Shown here: piece after piece, positions 9,446 to 17,667 of the stretch
How positions within the stretch are numbered: position 1 is the stretch's first letter
How the letters are laid out: every line of letters begins with the position of its first letter
From: a virus
Taxonomy: Duplodnaviria; Caudoviricetes
Strand: one strand, 5' to 3'
DNA length: 25,245 nt
IMG/VR virus record: IMGVR_UViG_3300025723_001163
Span: 1-25,245 of that record
Translations under genes and position numbers: made by a program
The notes under the pieces: generated by a model
The model's input: the letters and a program-made list of their open reading frames with translations, nothing else
The model's database searches: none
Told to the model about the DNA's origin: nothing

Positions 9446-10125
9446 TTGAATCTTTCTATAACCTCTGGATGAACTGGAAAATGATTTGATTTATAGTCGG
9501 CTTTGCAAATCGAATAAAACAAGTTATCGTGGCTGTTCTGTTCAATGTCAGAAAGAACAACCACTTTATCTTTTGTGATGTACTGTGCCAGTTTATTCAT
9601 CAGTCCATGTGTGTCAGGAAGATTCCTGTACGCATGGTATGTTTCTTGCATTGCAATGTGTACAATTGGTGTCATATCACCTGGCCACATATACAAGTTA
9701 TCACAGGTCCAATTCAAATGTGCAACACCTTTCTCCATGAAAAGGAAGTTAAACTTGTCAAACTGGATGTTTTCGATTGGCTTAAACCAATGCAAGTCTA
9801 AACGAGAGAAAACAACAAAGTCGAACTTCTTATCTAAGAGGTTTTGAAATGAAGCAATCTTTGGTGTAAATGTATTTGAACCTTCAAACTCCGAATAGTA
9901 AACTTTGGATGGTTGAACCATCTCATAGAATTCTTTTTCTAACTGCTCATCTGGTATCTTATAAGAAGAAATATAAACGTAAACCTCATGACCCATATCC
10001 TTTAATGGTTGGATAAGGTTCTTGTTTATATTAGGCCAACAATGTTTGAAGTCTTTAACACTTGGTTGACCATCACGCATGAACTGGCCGTATAAAAGGC
10101 CATATAACGAAACTGCTATCTTCAT
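9442..10125 (-). CDS. Putative glycosyltransferase-like protein, paralogue of 6420..7124
   Basis: MKIAVSLYG, VYVYISSY, FDFVVFSRLDL, CDNLY align by eye with the 234-aa protein. Confidence 0.55.
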   Translation of the reverse strand: MKIAVSLYGLLYGQFMRDGQPSVKDFKHCWPNINKNLIQPLKDMGHEVYVYISSYKIPDEQLEKEFYEMVQPSKVYYSEFEGSNTFTPKIASFQNLLDKKFDFVVFSRLDLHWFKPIENIQFDKFNFLFMEKGVAHLNWTCDNLYMWPGDMTPIVHIAMQETYHAYRNLPDTHGLMNKLAQYITKDKVVVLSDIEQNSHDNLFYSICKADYKSNHFPVHPEVIERFK

Positions 10126-10985
10126 GCTGTTCTGTATACGAATAGTTGTGATTCGTCTTCTTGTTCATACTTTTGTTGAACAAACTTTTTCCATTCTGGT
10201 ACACGGTCATATTGATGCACAATACAATATTCTTTGTGTTCAAATGTCTTTACGACACCTTCTTCAAATACAGGTTCACCTTCCAATAAGAATGGCCTAA
10301 ATGCCTCAATCTTAGACGGATCAACCATTGTACCTGCTTGACAAGCCCATGCATGTTTATTTTGTGCAAGGAAGATTTTCTCTTTGTATGGTTGTGTGTT
10401 GATTAGTACGTTGAATACCGCTTGGTCAACGATAGGAATAGGCCTGTTAGTTGCATTGGTGAAGATGTTGAACACCAAGTCTTTCATGTATTCAGCAGTA
10501 CCACCCAATACACCAACATTGTATATTGTGTTGTTTTTAAACTGCTCATGTACATATGGACCATAAGTTTGCATTAGATTGTCATTGCCCCATGGTTCAT
10601 CACAATAACGCATACCTTCAGAACCAGCCACAAGTTTATCAATACCACCTATAAAATTATCTTCCATCCATTTGAATGGTGATGATTGGAAATAAACGTC
10701 TTTGACATCAGTAGTCACAACATACCGATATTTTTCCCAATTGTTTCTAAGGTAATCATAGATGGATAAAAAACGCAACACATGAATTGGCACATTCATG
10801 TTTGGCATATCTATGATATTAAAGCCTTGTGCTAACAACCATTTTCTTGTTTCAGGTGATGCATTACCAACACACATCACTTTGTCTGCATCAGGCATTG
10901 TTTCATTTACTGAAAGAACCCAAGGTTTGAGTTGGTTGATTCCGTAGTTTGTACAACCACCAATAATTAAATCTTTTTTTGCCAT
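10122..10985 (-). CDS. GT-A fold glycosyltransferase
   Basis: TDVKDV acidic motif, YNVG..GG, DQAVFN, IVHQYDR. Confidence 0.75.
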   Translation of the reverse strand: MAKKDLIIGGCTNYGINQLKPWVLSVNETMPDADKVMCVGNASPETRKWLLAQGFNIIDMPNMNVPIHVLRFLSIYDYLRNNWEKYRYVVTTDVKDVYFQSSPFKWMEDNFIGGIDKLVAGSEGMRYCDEPWGNDNLMQTYGPYVHEQFKNNTIYNVGVLGGTAEYMKDLVFNIFTNATNRPIPIVDQAVFNVLINTQPYKEKIFLAQNKHAWACQAGTMVDPSKIEAFRPFLLEGEPVFEEGVVKTFEHKEYCIVHQYDRVPEWKKFVQQKYEQEDESQLFVYRTA

Positions 10986-11683
10986 GGGAAAACTCCATTA
11001 TATCGTTTATTCATCACTTCATTACCTTGTTGAAAGAAATCTGCTGTCACAGAACCAGGATTACCATTCACACGATAGTTGACTGTGTATTCACCAGTAC
11101 AATCAAATCTAGGAAAATGTTCTCCAATTGCTCTTAAGAACACTCTATCTTGACCCCAACCACCATGCCATGCAGAAGCCAATTTTATCGCAATATCGGT
11201 TTTAATGCAATAGCAATTTGTGTCTACATGATTGATACCATGATAAGTTTGCCATCTACCAAGAGATTCACAATTGTCATCACAGAGATATGCACCATCT
11301 TTATCTATAATAGAACGGAGAGAGTAACACCAATCAATACTATGTTTCTCAATTGTATTGATACAGGATTCAACGTGGTTTGGTTTAAGTGTGTTGTCTT
11401 GGTCCAAATACATGACGTATTCGGTGTCGATTAGGTGTGTAAAGGCTGCATATACACGATGGCCATAGAAACCTTTTGCACCAACATTCAAAGGTAAATA
11501 ACAAACTTTAAGAAAAGGATTACCAGCAAATTCATCTGACAATACTTTTACTTTACCTGCAAAATCATTACCATCACATACCAAATAACATTGTGTGTCT
11601 ACGCTTTGATTCAATACCGATTGAATAGCATATTTTGCATCGGCCGAACCTGTGGTTGGTATAATAACTGTCGCTTTTTTCAT
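10967..11683 (-). CDS. GT2-family glycosyltransferase
   Basis: TVIIPT..AIQSVLNQ..VCDG, YLDQDN (DxD), GQDR. Confidence 0.85.
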   Translation of the reverse strand: MKKATVIIPTTGSADAKYAIQSVLNQSVDTQCYLVCDGNDFAGKVKVLSDEFAGNPFLKVCYLPLNVGAKGFYGHRVYAAFTHLIDTEYVMYLDQDNTLKPNHVESCINTIEKHSIDWCYSLRSIIDKDGAYLCDDNCESLGRWQTYHGINHVDTNCYCIKTDIAIKLASAWHGGWGQDRVFLRAIGEHFPRFDCTGEYTVNYRVNGNPGSVTADFFQQGNEVMNKRYNGVFPWQKKI

Positions 11684-11685
11684 AA

Positions 11686-12564
11686 TTAATCTTCCATTTC
11701 ACGTTTATATAATACATCTTTAATTGGTTTAGTGTTTAATTTTTCTGGATTGTGGCCAATAATTTTTGCGTGCCAAATGTGAATTTTTCCATGTTTTGGA
11801 TGCTCAACAATTGAAGGTCTATGATGGATTTCAAGGTCGTGGCCACGACCTAATAGAATTTCATTTTCTTTTTTGTACGTTGATACATTTTTAACTGAAG
11901 CCGCTTTTGTTCCTTTTGGCATCTCAATTCTCAAAACATGATGTTCTTGACCACTTTTTGGTGGACCTCCTGTAAATTTTGTAGCTTGTTCAAAATCAGT
12001 AGAAGTGCTCATCATTGCTGGATGATGAACTTTTAAAGGTTCATTTCTGTTTTTAAATTTTTCTGCGTGTTCTTGTCCTAAACCAGAAAAAACTGTAAAA
12101 TTTTTGGATGTGTTATGTTTGTCTAAGACTTTTGAAGCTTCATTAGCAAACGCTAGATTTCTGTGATGTTTATTTCTATCCCATTCATCATCTGGTAATT
12201 TTTTTTTATTGTGGTTGTCCCATAATGCATTATTTTGATATGTAGATTCGCCTTGACTGTAATAACGAATCCAACCTGGATGGTCTTTTCCTATTTCAGG
12301 TGATAACTTTTCATCTCTTACTTTATTTTCATTATGGAATTTTTTAATATCTTCATCTGAATGTGGTTTAGTTATAACACTTTCTTGTTCTTCTCTTATT
12401 AAACTTTCTTCTAAATCTTTTTTTTGATCCAAATGGTGGCCAAATGATGCATGTATTGCTATAGCTTTTTCTTTTGCTTTTTTATAAGAATCCAAATTTA
12501 AATCTGGTTCAACCAAATCTAAACTTTGTTCTTTAATTTTTAAAAAATGTTTAAAAGTTTTCAT
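11686..12564 (-). CDS. ADP-ribosyltransferase (exoenzyme/Alt-like, STS and ExE motifs) with capsid-targeting-like N-terminus
   Basis: IRYYS..NNAL, FTVFSG, MMSTSTD, VLRIEMPKG, ENEILLGRG; starts MKTFKHFLKIKE. Confidence 0.75.
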   Translation of the reverse strand: MKTFKHFLKIKEQSLDLVEPDLNLDSYKKAKEKAIAIHASFGHHLDQKKDLEESLIREEQESVITKPHSDEDIKKFHNENKVRDEKLSPEIGKDHPGWIRYYSQGESTYQNNALWDNHNKKKLPDDEWDRNKHHRNLAFANEASKVLDKHNTSKNFTVFSGLGQEHAEKFKNRNEPLKVHHPAMMSTSTDFEQATKFTGGPPKSGQEHHVLRIEMPKGTKAASVKNVSTYKKENEILLGRGHDLEIHHRPSIVEHPKHGKIHIWHAKIIGHNPEKLNTKPIKDVLYKREMED

Positions 12565-13823
12565 TTAACTCCATTAAACTTAACGGCTAAATTATAAAAT
12601 TGTCCTAGTTTATGTTCCGAACCAGTTTTATTAGTACGAACAGAAAATTTCAATGTCATTCTATCTATTGCTGTAGCAGTTAATTCAATAAAGAAATCTT
12701 GTTTTGATGATGGTGATGCCATGCATTTAACAGATTTTGTTTTAGGTAAAAATACAGCAACATCATCTTCATCAGTTAATATCTTATAGTTTGTACCGTA
12801 TGCTTTAATGACCAAAAGCGGAACACTTTCATCTTTACCTACAATGGCCTTGTTTAAGTAATCAACTGTTTTCTTAGTATTCTTTTCAAAAACTTCCATC
12901 AATGTATCTCTAATAATTTCTAAATCATTATCATACATTTTTTCATATTCTTTTAAATCATTTCTTTCAAAGGCTTCTAGTTTTTTCAACACTTCCTTTT
13001 TCTCTGGACCTTTATCGTAATAGAATTTATCTTTACTGAAACTCTTATATGTTTTATTCCATAGTTTTAGTCTCAAGTCATTTACCTTCTTCATGTCCAT
13101 TTCTTCTAATATAACATTGACATATGTGTTAAGTTTAGGCTCAGAAGAACCTTCTTCACCGGCCTTTAATGAAACACCTAACATCTTGCCATTTTTATAT
13201 TCTAAGAATAAATCTCCTTTGTGTTTACCATCAACACCTGGAGGTTTTTGACGATAACCCCAATAAACTTTTGCTATAGGTCTTTTCTTGTGTTCTTCAT
13301 ATAAGTATTTTAAAACACCCATAGCATTTTCCATCTTCTCTTTAAACTTTGAAGATTCTGGAAATTGATTGACATAATCCTCACCAGCTTTTCTATTATC
13401 TGGTGCTAAATAGACATTAGACTTTTTATGGTCAACGGATTTTAGAAATGAATAGAAATCCTCAACAGATTTTGGTTTGTAATCACCCTCAAATGCAAGT
13501 GCAGGTGCTAATTCTGTAATGGTTGAATTGAGTGTGGTTTCATTCATACCACCAGATGCAGGTTTGAAGACAAGAATAACCGAACCACCTTTTACAAGGT
13601 GATTGTAATCAATAACTGTAACTTCTGTACTACCAGAAAGAGCATTATCTTTTTTACGATAATAAACAAATTTATCTTTAGATAACTTCGTTTCAATTTC
13701 TTTTTGAGCACCGGCCTTATCTTTGGCTTTAATAGTTACAACTTGTTTTGCCCTAGTAGATTTCTTTTCGTTAATCTCATAGGCATATTGATTTAGAATG
13801 TTGTATAATGGATTTTTTGTCAT
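12561..13823 (-). CDS. Hypothetical Lys-rich protein, putative PD-(D/E)XK restriction-endonuclease-like nuclease
   Basis: helical E (TITELAP) followed by KGDLFL...GVSLK, the D..SxK active-site variant. Confidence 0.5.
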   Translation of the reverse strand: MTKNPLYNILNQYAYEINEKKSTRAKQVVTIKAKDKAGAQKEIETKLSKDKFVYYRKKDNALSGSTEVTVIDYNHLVKGGSVILVFKPASGGMNETTLNSTITELAPALAFEGDYKPKSVEDFYSFLKSVDHKKSNVYLAPDNRKAGEDYVNQFPESSKFKEKMENAMGVLKYLYEEHKKRPIAKVYWGYRQKPPGVDGKHKGDLFLEYKNGKMLGVSLKAGEEGSSEPKLNTYVNVILEEMDMKKVNDLRLKLWNKTYKSFSKDKFYYDKGPEKKEVLKKLEAFERNDLKEYEKMYDNDLEIIRDTLMEVFEKNTKKTVDYLNKAIVGKDESVPLLVIKAYGTNYKILTDEDDVAVFLPKTKSVKCMASPSSKQDFFIELTATAIDRMTLKFSVRTNKTGSEHKLGQFYNLAVKFNGVK

Positions 13824-13828
13824 GAAAG

Positions 13829-13836
13829 TATTTATC
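13829..13836 (-). promoter_or_regulatory. Late-promoter-like box GATAAATA
   Basis: 7/8 match to TATAAATA overlapping the upstream stop codon, 5 nt before ATG 13823. Confidence 0.6.
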
Positions 13837-14938
13837 TAATAATTTGAATCTCTTTTCCAGATGTCCAGACTTCCAACTCTGTTCTAACTCTACCTTCGGT
13901 TTTCAATGTCTCATAACGATTGGTGGCTTTGTTTTTCCACCATTGTACAATGTTCTCCAATTCAAACTTGTCGTAGTTTTCATCTTTGACTAATACGTCC
14001 GTTTTACCATTAACAACATCAATAAAGTTTTTAAAACCATAGTTGGATATATAGTAACGTTTCTGTTCTGTCAAAGACTTGGCATTATCTATCACTTGGT
14101 TGAATTTGTCAAGTTCTGGTGTACCCTTCAATGCACTTTTAACCAAAGAAATAATCTTCATGCTAATCTTTAGTTTCTTGCTTGATGCATCATCATCTAC
14201 AATCTTGCCTACACGTTCTTGTACATAATCACGTAGGTCTGCATATGGTTTTCCATGCATCATCGGTAAGAAATCACTTTCTGTTTCACCTTTATGGCGA
14301 ATGTAAGGCTTCATGCCATCATATTGTGAGGATGACTTGGTAGAACCATAGAGACTTGTTGTTTCAAAAAGACACAGGTTCATATTGTACTTCTTGTTGA
14401 CAATCTCACGGACTGTATGAGAACAACAGATGGCCGCCAAGAGTTTACCACCAAGATAATTATAACCAAAGGGTTGTGCAGGTACAATCACAAAACCCAT
14501 CATTGCAGTATTGTTGAAGGCCTTACCACCTTCTGGTGTCTGTGTAAACACTTGTCCTAGCATTGCATTTCTAGGCTTGCAGTTGATTACAGGTGAACCT
14601 AAACGAATGAATCCTAAGAACTTACCTGTGTTCTTCTCTCTTACAACCAAATGAATGCTACGACCAACAGGCCTGATATTGATATGAGATGAAGTGATGT
14701 TTAGTAATGATTCCCAAGTATCATTGGCAATAGTAGTGACTTCAATATCCATATCACTAGGACACATTGAAAAATCTGAGAAAAGGTCATCTTCCGGTGC
14801 AAAGAGAGGGTTTGAAGGCATCTCTGCAAGAGAAGCCAACTTTTGGTCCCGCATATATTCATCAATACGGTTGAAGTTACTGAAATAGTCTTCAAATACT
14901 TTGGCACAATGAATAGCCTCCTCTTTAGTTAAATTCAT
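13832..14938 (-). CDS. DUF4338/DruA-like protein (predicted GNAT/Mom-like fold)
   Basis: GR.IHLVVRE..TGKFLGFIRLGSP, IVPAQPFGYNYLGGKLLA, ETTSLYG..SSQY recognised from this family; ATGA overlap with gp41. Confidence 0.7.
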   Translation of the reverse strand: MNLTKEEAIHCAKVFEDYFSNFNRIDEYMRDQKLASLAEMPSNPLFAPEDDLFSDFSMCPSDMDIEVTTIANDTWESLLNITSSHINIRPVGRSIHLVVREKNTGKFLGFIRLGSPVINCKPRNAMLGQVFTQTPEGGKAFNNTAMMGFVIVPAQPFGYNYLGGKLLAAICCSHTVREIVNKKYNMNLCLFETTSLYGSTKSSSQYDGMKPYIRHKGETESDFLPMMHGKPYADLRDYVQERVGKIVDDDASSKKLKISMKIISLVKSALKGTPELDKFNQVIDNAKSLTEQKRYYISNYGFKNFIDVVNGKTDVLVKDENYDKFELENIVQWWKNKATNRYETLKTEGRVRTELEVWTSGKEIQIIR

Positions 14939-16308
14939 ATTTTAAATCCATCAAATGATTTCTTATTTAGCTTGTTCGGTATTTGTACCGAACCAACATC
15001 AACCAATCCTTCTTGACCTGATTGTTCCACATCATACAGTTTCATCTTCGCTCTGTCAATACCAATCGTGAATCTTTTATAATATGTTGGATCATTATAA
15101 CGATTCTTCAACTGCTTGACCATGATTTGTCCCATCTCTTCCAATTCTTCGGAAGTGATTAGAGCAAACATCAGGTCGGCGGTAGCGGGCAAACCAAAAC
15201 TCTCACTTGTGTCTTCGAGTCCTGGATCGGAAGATGAAAAACCTGACCTTGTGGTCTGAGTTGCAGAAACAATTGGGACTCCGTACTCAACGGCAAGTCC
15301 TCGCAACTCTTCTGCAATTGACTTAACATAAGTGTATGAATTGACATTTGCTCCTGCCTTAATTCTAGAACTGCAACATATGTTAAGATAATCAACAAAA
15401 ATAATATCAGGCCGAAAGCTCTTTTTAAGATAGAGTTCATTTAGTAAAGTCCTAAAGTGTGTTGTAGAAGCTGAAGCGGTAGGATATTCTTTGATGATTA
15501 GTTTGCCTGTCGTTTTAGCTTTCACTTTTTCGACCTTCTTATCATACATTTCCTTAGATAGACTCACCAAATCATCCAAAGATACATTCAATAGGTTTGC
15601 ATCTATTCTTTCCGCAATACGTTCTTCAGCCATTTCCATAGTGATATAAAGAACGTTTCGACCCAACGACATAACTCCAGCGGCACAATGACACATAAAA
15701 AGTGACTTACCGACACCAGTACCAGCAAGAGCAATGTTAAGAGTTTTAGCAGGAAGACCACCTTTTGTAATCTTGTTAAAGAAATCCAAGTCGAATGGAA
15801 TTCGCTCTTCATGTCTGTGGTAAAACTCATAACGCTCATCACTATTCTCCAAATAATCGTGGCCTACAGATGTATCAAAACTTATTGCCAAAGCGTCTGA
15901 TAGTATCTTGGGAATCTGACCTTTCTCATGGGTTTTGTCTTTTCCTTCGAGTATAGAAATAGACCCCAATACTGCATTGTAGATAGCCTTTTCTTGTACA
16001 AAGGACTCCGTTTTGTCAACAAGCCATTGAATCTTGGATTCTTCTTGCTTAGTTGAAACAATCTCTTTAAGATACGATTCGGATTTCTCCACTTCGTCAT
16101 TTGTGAGATTTCGTTTCTCTTTGATGGCCAATTCAATTGCTTCAATCGATGGTGGAGAATTGTAAGCGTTCGTAAATGTATTAATTTCATTGAATATTAA
16201 TCTTTCGGTTCTATCTGTGAAATATTCATCCTTTAAAAACGGAAGAACCTTTCTTAGGTATTCCTCCGAGTAAATTAAGTTCCTCAATATCGTCTGTTCT
16301 ATTTTCAT
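14935..16308 (-). CDS. 41: Replicative DnaB-like helicase gp41
   Basis: LAGTGVGKS Walker A, YITMEM, IIKEYPT, FVDYLN, SATQTTR, SESFGLPATAD, KQLKNRY; ATG at 16308 (track start 16311 is TTG). Confidence 0.97.
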   Translation of the reverse strand: MKIEQTILRNLIYSEEYLRKVLPFLKDEYFTDRTERLIFNEINTFTNAYNSPPSIEAIELAIKEKRNLTNDEVEKSESYLKEIVSTKQEESKIQWLVDKTESFVQEKAIYNAVLGSISILEGKDKTHEKGQIPKILSDALAISFDTSVGHDYLENSDERYEFYHRHEERIPFDLDFFNKITKGGLPAKTLNIALAGTGVGKSLFMCHCAAGVMSLGRNVLYITMEMAEERIAERIDANLLNVSLDDLVSLSKEMYDKKVEKVKAKTTGKLIIKEYPTASASTTHFRTLLNELYLKKSFRPDIIFVDYLNICCSSRIKAGANVNSYTYVKSIAEELRGLAVEYGVPIVSATQTTRSGFSSSDPGLEDTSESFGLPATADLMFALITSEELEEMGQIMVKQLKNRYNDPTYYKRFTIGIDRAKMKLYDVEQSGQEGLVDVGSVQIPNKLNKKSFDGFKI

Positions 16309-16591
16309 CAATCATATCCTCATCTAGATTGGCAGTCATCAACTCTACCAATAAGTCGCCTGCATAATGTTTAAACTCTGGATCTTTTTCCAGTTTCTTT
16401 GGCTTCATCAGAGGTGATTCTAACACATAAAAAGCAAATTGTAAACGGGTCTGTTCAACTTCTTCCTTAAAAGATACCTTCCCGTACTTGAAGACGGTAT
16501 CTTTGTATGTTCCAGACAACACTTTGATGTGTGTTATGTCTGCTTCATCCTTGGGATAGATGAAACAAAAATCAATACCTTCTACCATCAT
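16226..16591 (-). CDS. Small protein at the T4 gp40 (head vertex assembly chaperone) position
   Basis: Between uvsX and 41, ATGA overlap with uvsX; call is positional. Confidence 0.55.
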   Translation of the reverse strand: MMVEGIDFCFIYPKDEADITHIKVLSGTYKDTVFKYGKVSFKEEVEQTRLQFAFYVLESPLMKPKKLEKDPEFKHYAGDLLVELMTANLDEDMIDENRTDDIEELNLLGGIPKKGSSVFKG

Positions 16592-17622
16592 TCTTCCAAT
16601 TGCATGATATCACCAGTGGTGATACTGTATTTGTTTGCAACAAAATTCAAGAATGTTTGGTCAGCCAAAATAGATGTCCAAAAATCTTTGGTGTCTGTGT
16701 CTTTGATACGATATTTCTTCTCTTCAACTTCACCAGTTGCGGAATTTACTTTTGAATACCATCCATTACTAGGCTTAATAACGTGACCAGATTCCACAGC
16801 AATATCAAGCAAGCCACTCCACTTACTAATACCACCGTCAAACGAGACAGTAACAGGTATTTTTGATTTCTCTTTAACATATCGACTCTTTTCTACATTG
16901 ATGATGAAATGGTAACCAACAATTTCAGTACCTTCTTTTTCTTGTTGACGACCTAGAATGAAGATGTTATCAGCAGAGTAATAAGAACCTGTACCACCAC
17001 CAACGATATCTTTAGGGAACATTCCAATTTCTTTGTATGTATGGTTGACTACAATCATTGGAATATCTTTCAACGATAAGTGTGGTGTTACCATACGGAA
17101 CAAACTCTTCACTTGTTTAGCACGGGACATATCAGCAACTGATTTCTCTGACAAGGCATCTTCAACTTCTTTCTTTGAAGCCAAATTACCAATTGAATCG
17201 ATGACGATAATCAAATGTTCGCCACGTTCCAATTCAGTTAACTGCTTCATAATATCAAACTTTAATTGTTCAATATCAGTAAGCGGAGTGTGAAGCACCC
17301 GATTAGTGTCAATACCAAAAGAGTCAAAATAGGACTGGGGAGTACCAAACTCAGAATCATAAAAAAGTAAAGCAGCGTCTTCATATTTGTCCAAATAAGA
17401 TTTGGCCATCAATAGAGAAAAAGCAGTCTTAAAATGTTTGGATGGACCTGCCCACATTGTAAGACCTGGTGTTAAACCACCATCCAACTTTCCAGATAAC
17501 GCAACGTTAATCATTGGTACTGCTGTTGGTATCATATCCTTGTCTGTAAAGAATTTTGATTTCGATAGAATTGCAGAATCTTTGATACTGCTATTCTTTT
17601 TGATTTTATCTAATATACTCAT
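16588..17622 (-). CDS. uvsX: RecA-like recombinase UvsX
   Basis: AGPSKHFKT, FYDSEFG, IDSIGNLAS, VNHTY, GGGTG, VEKSRYVKEK. Confidence 0.97.
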   Translation of the reverse strand: MSILDKIKKNSSIKDSAILSKSKFFTDKDMIPTAVPMINVALSGKLDGGLTPGLTMWAGPSKHFKTAFSLLMAKSYLDKYEDAALLFYDSEFGTPQSYFDSFGIDTNRVLHTPLTDIEQLKFDIMKQLTELERGEHLIIVIDSIGNLASKKEVEDALSEKSVADMSRAKQVKSLFRMVTPHLSLKDIPMIVVNHTYKEIGMFPKDIVGGGTGSYYSADNIFILGRQQEKEGTEIVGYHFIINVEKSRYVKEKSKIPVTVSFDGGISKWSGLLDIAVESGHVIKPSNGWYSKVNSATGEVEEKKYRIKDTDTKDFWTSILADQTFLNFVANKYSITTGDIMQLEE

Positions 17623-17667
17623 TTCATTCCTTTGTTAAATATTGTCATGTCTATTATCTATCCATGG

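Noticed and set aside
3546-11683. Sugar cluster as a bacterial capsule/LPS locus (host contamination or chimera)
   Set aside because: Continuously coupled to phage genes, flanked by late-promoter boxes, and lacking export, polymerase or flippase genes
12199-12207. 9-nt homopolymer in the ART gene as a phase-variation tract
   Set aside because: Encodes in-frame Lys codons in a very AT-rich gene; no frameshift evidence
13832-14938. Complete Druantia defence system
   Set aside because: No DruE-like large helicase or other partners; the neighbour is the ordinary gp41
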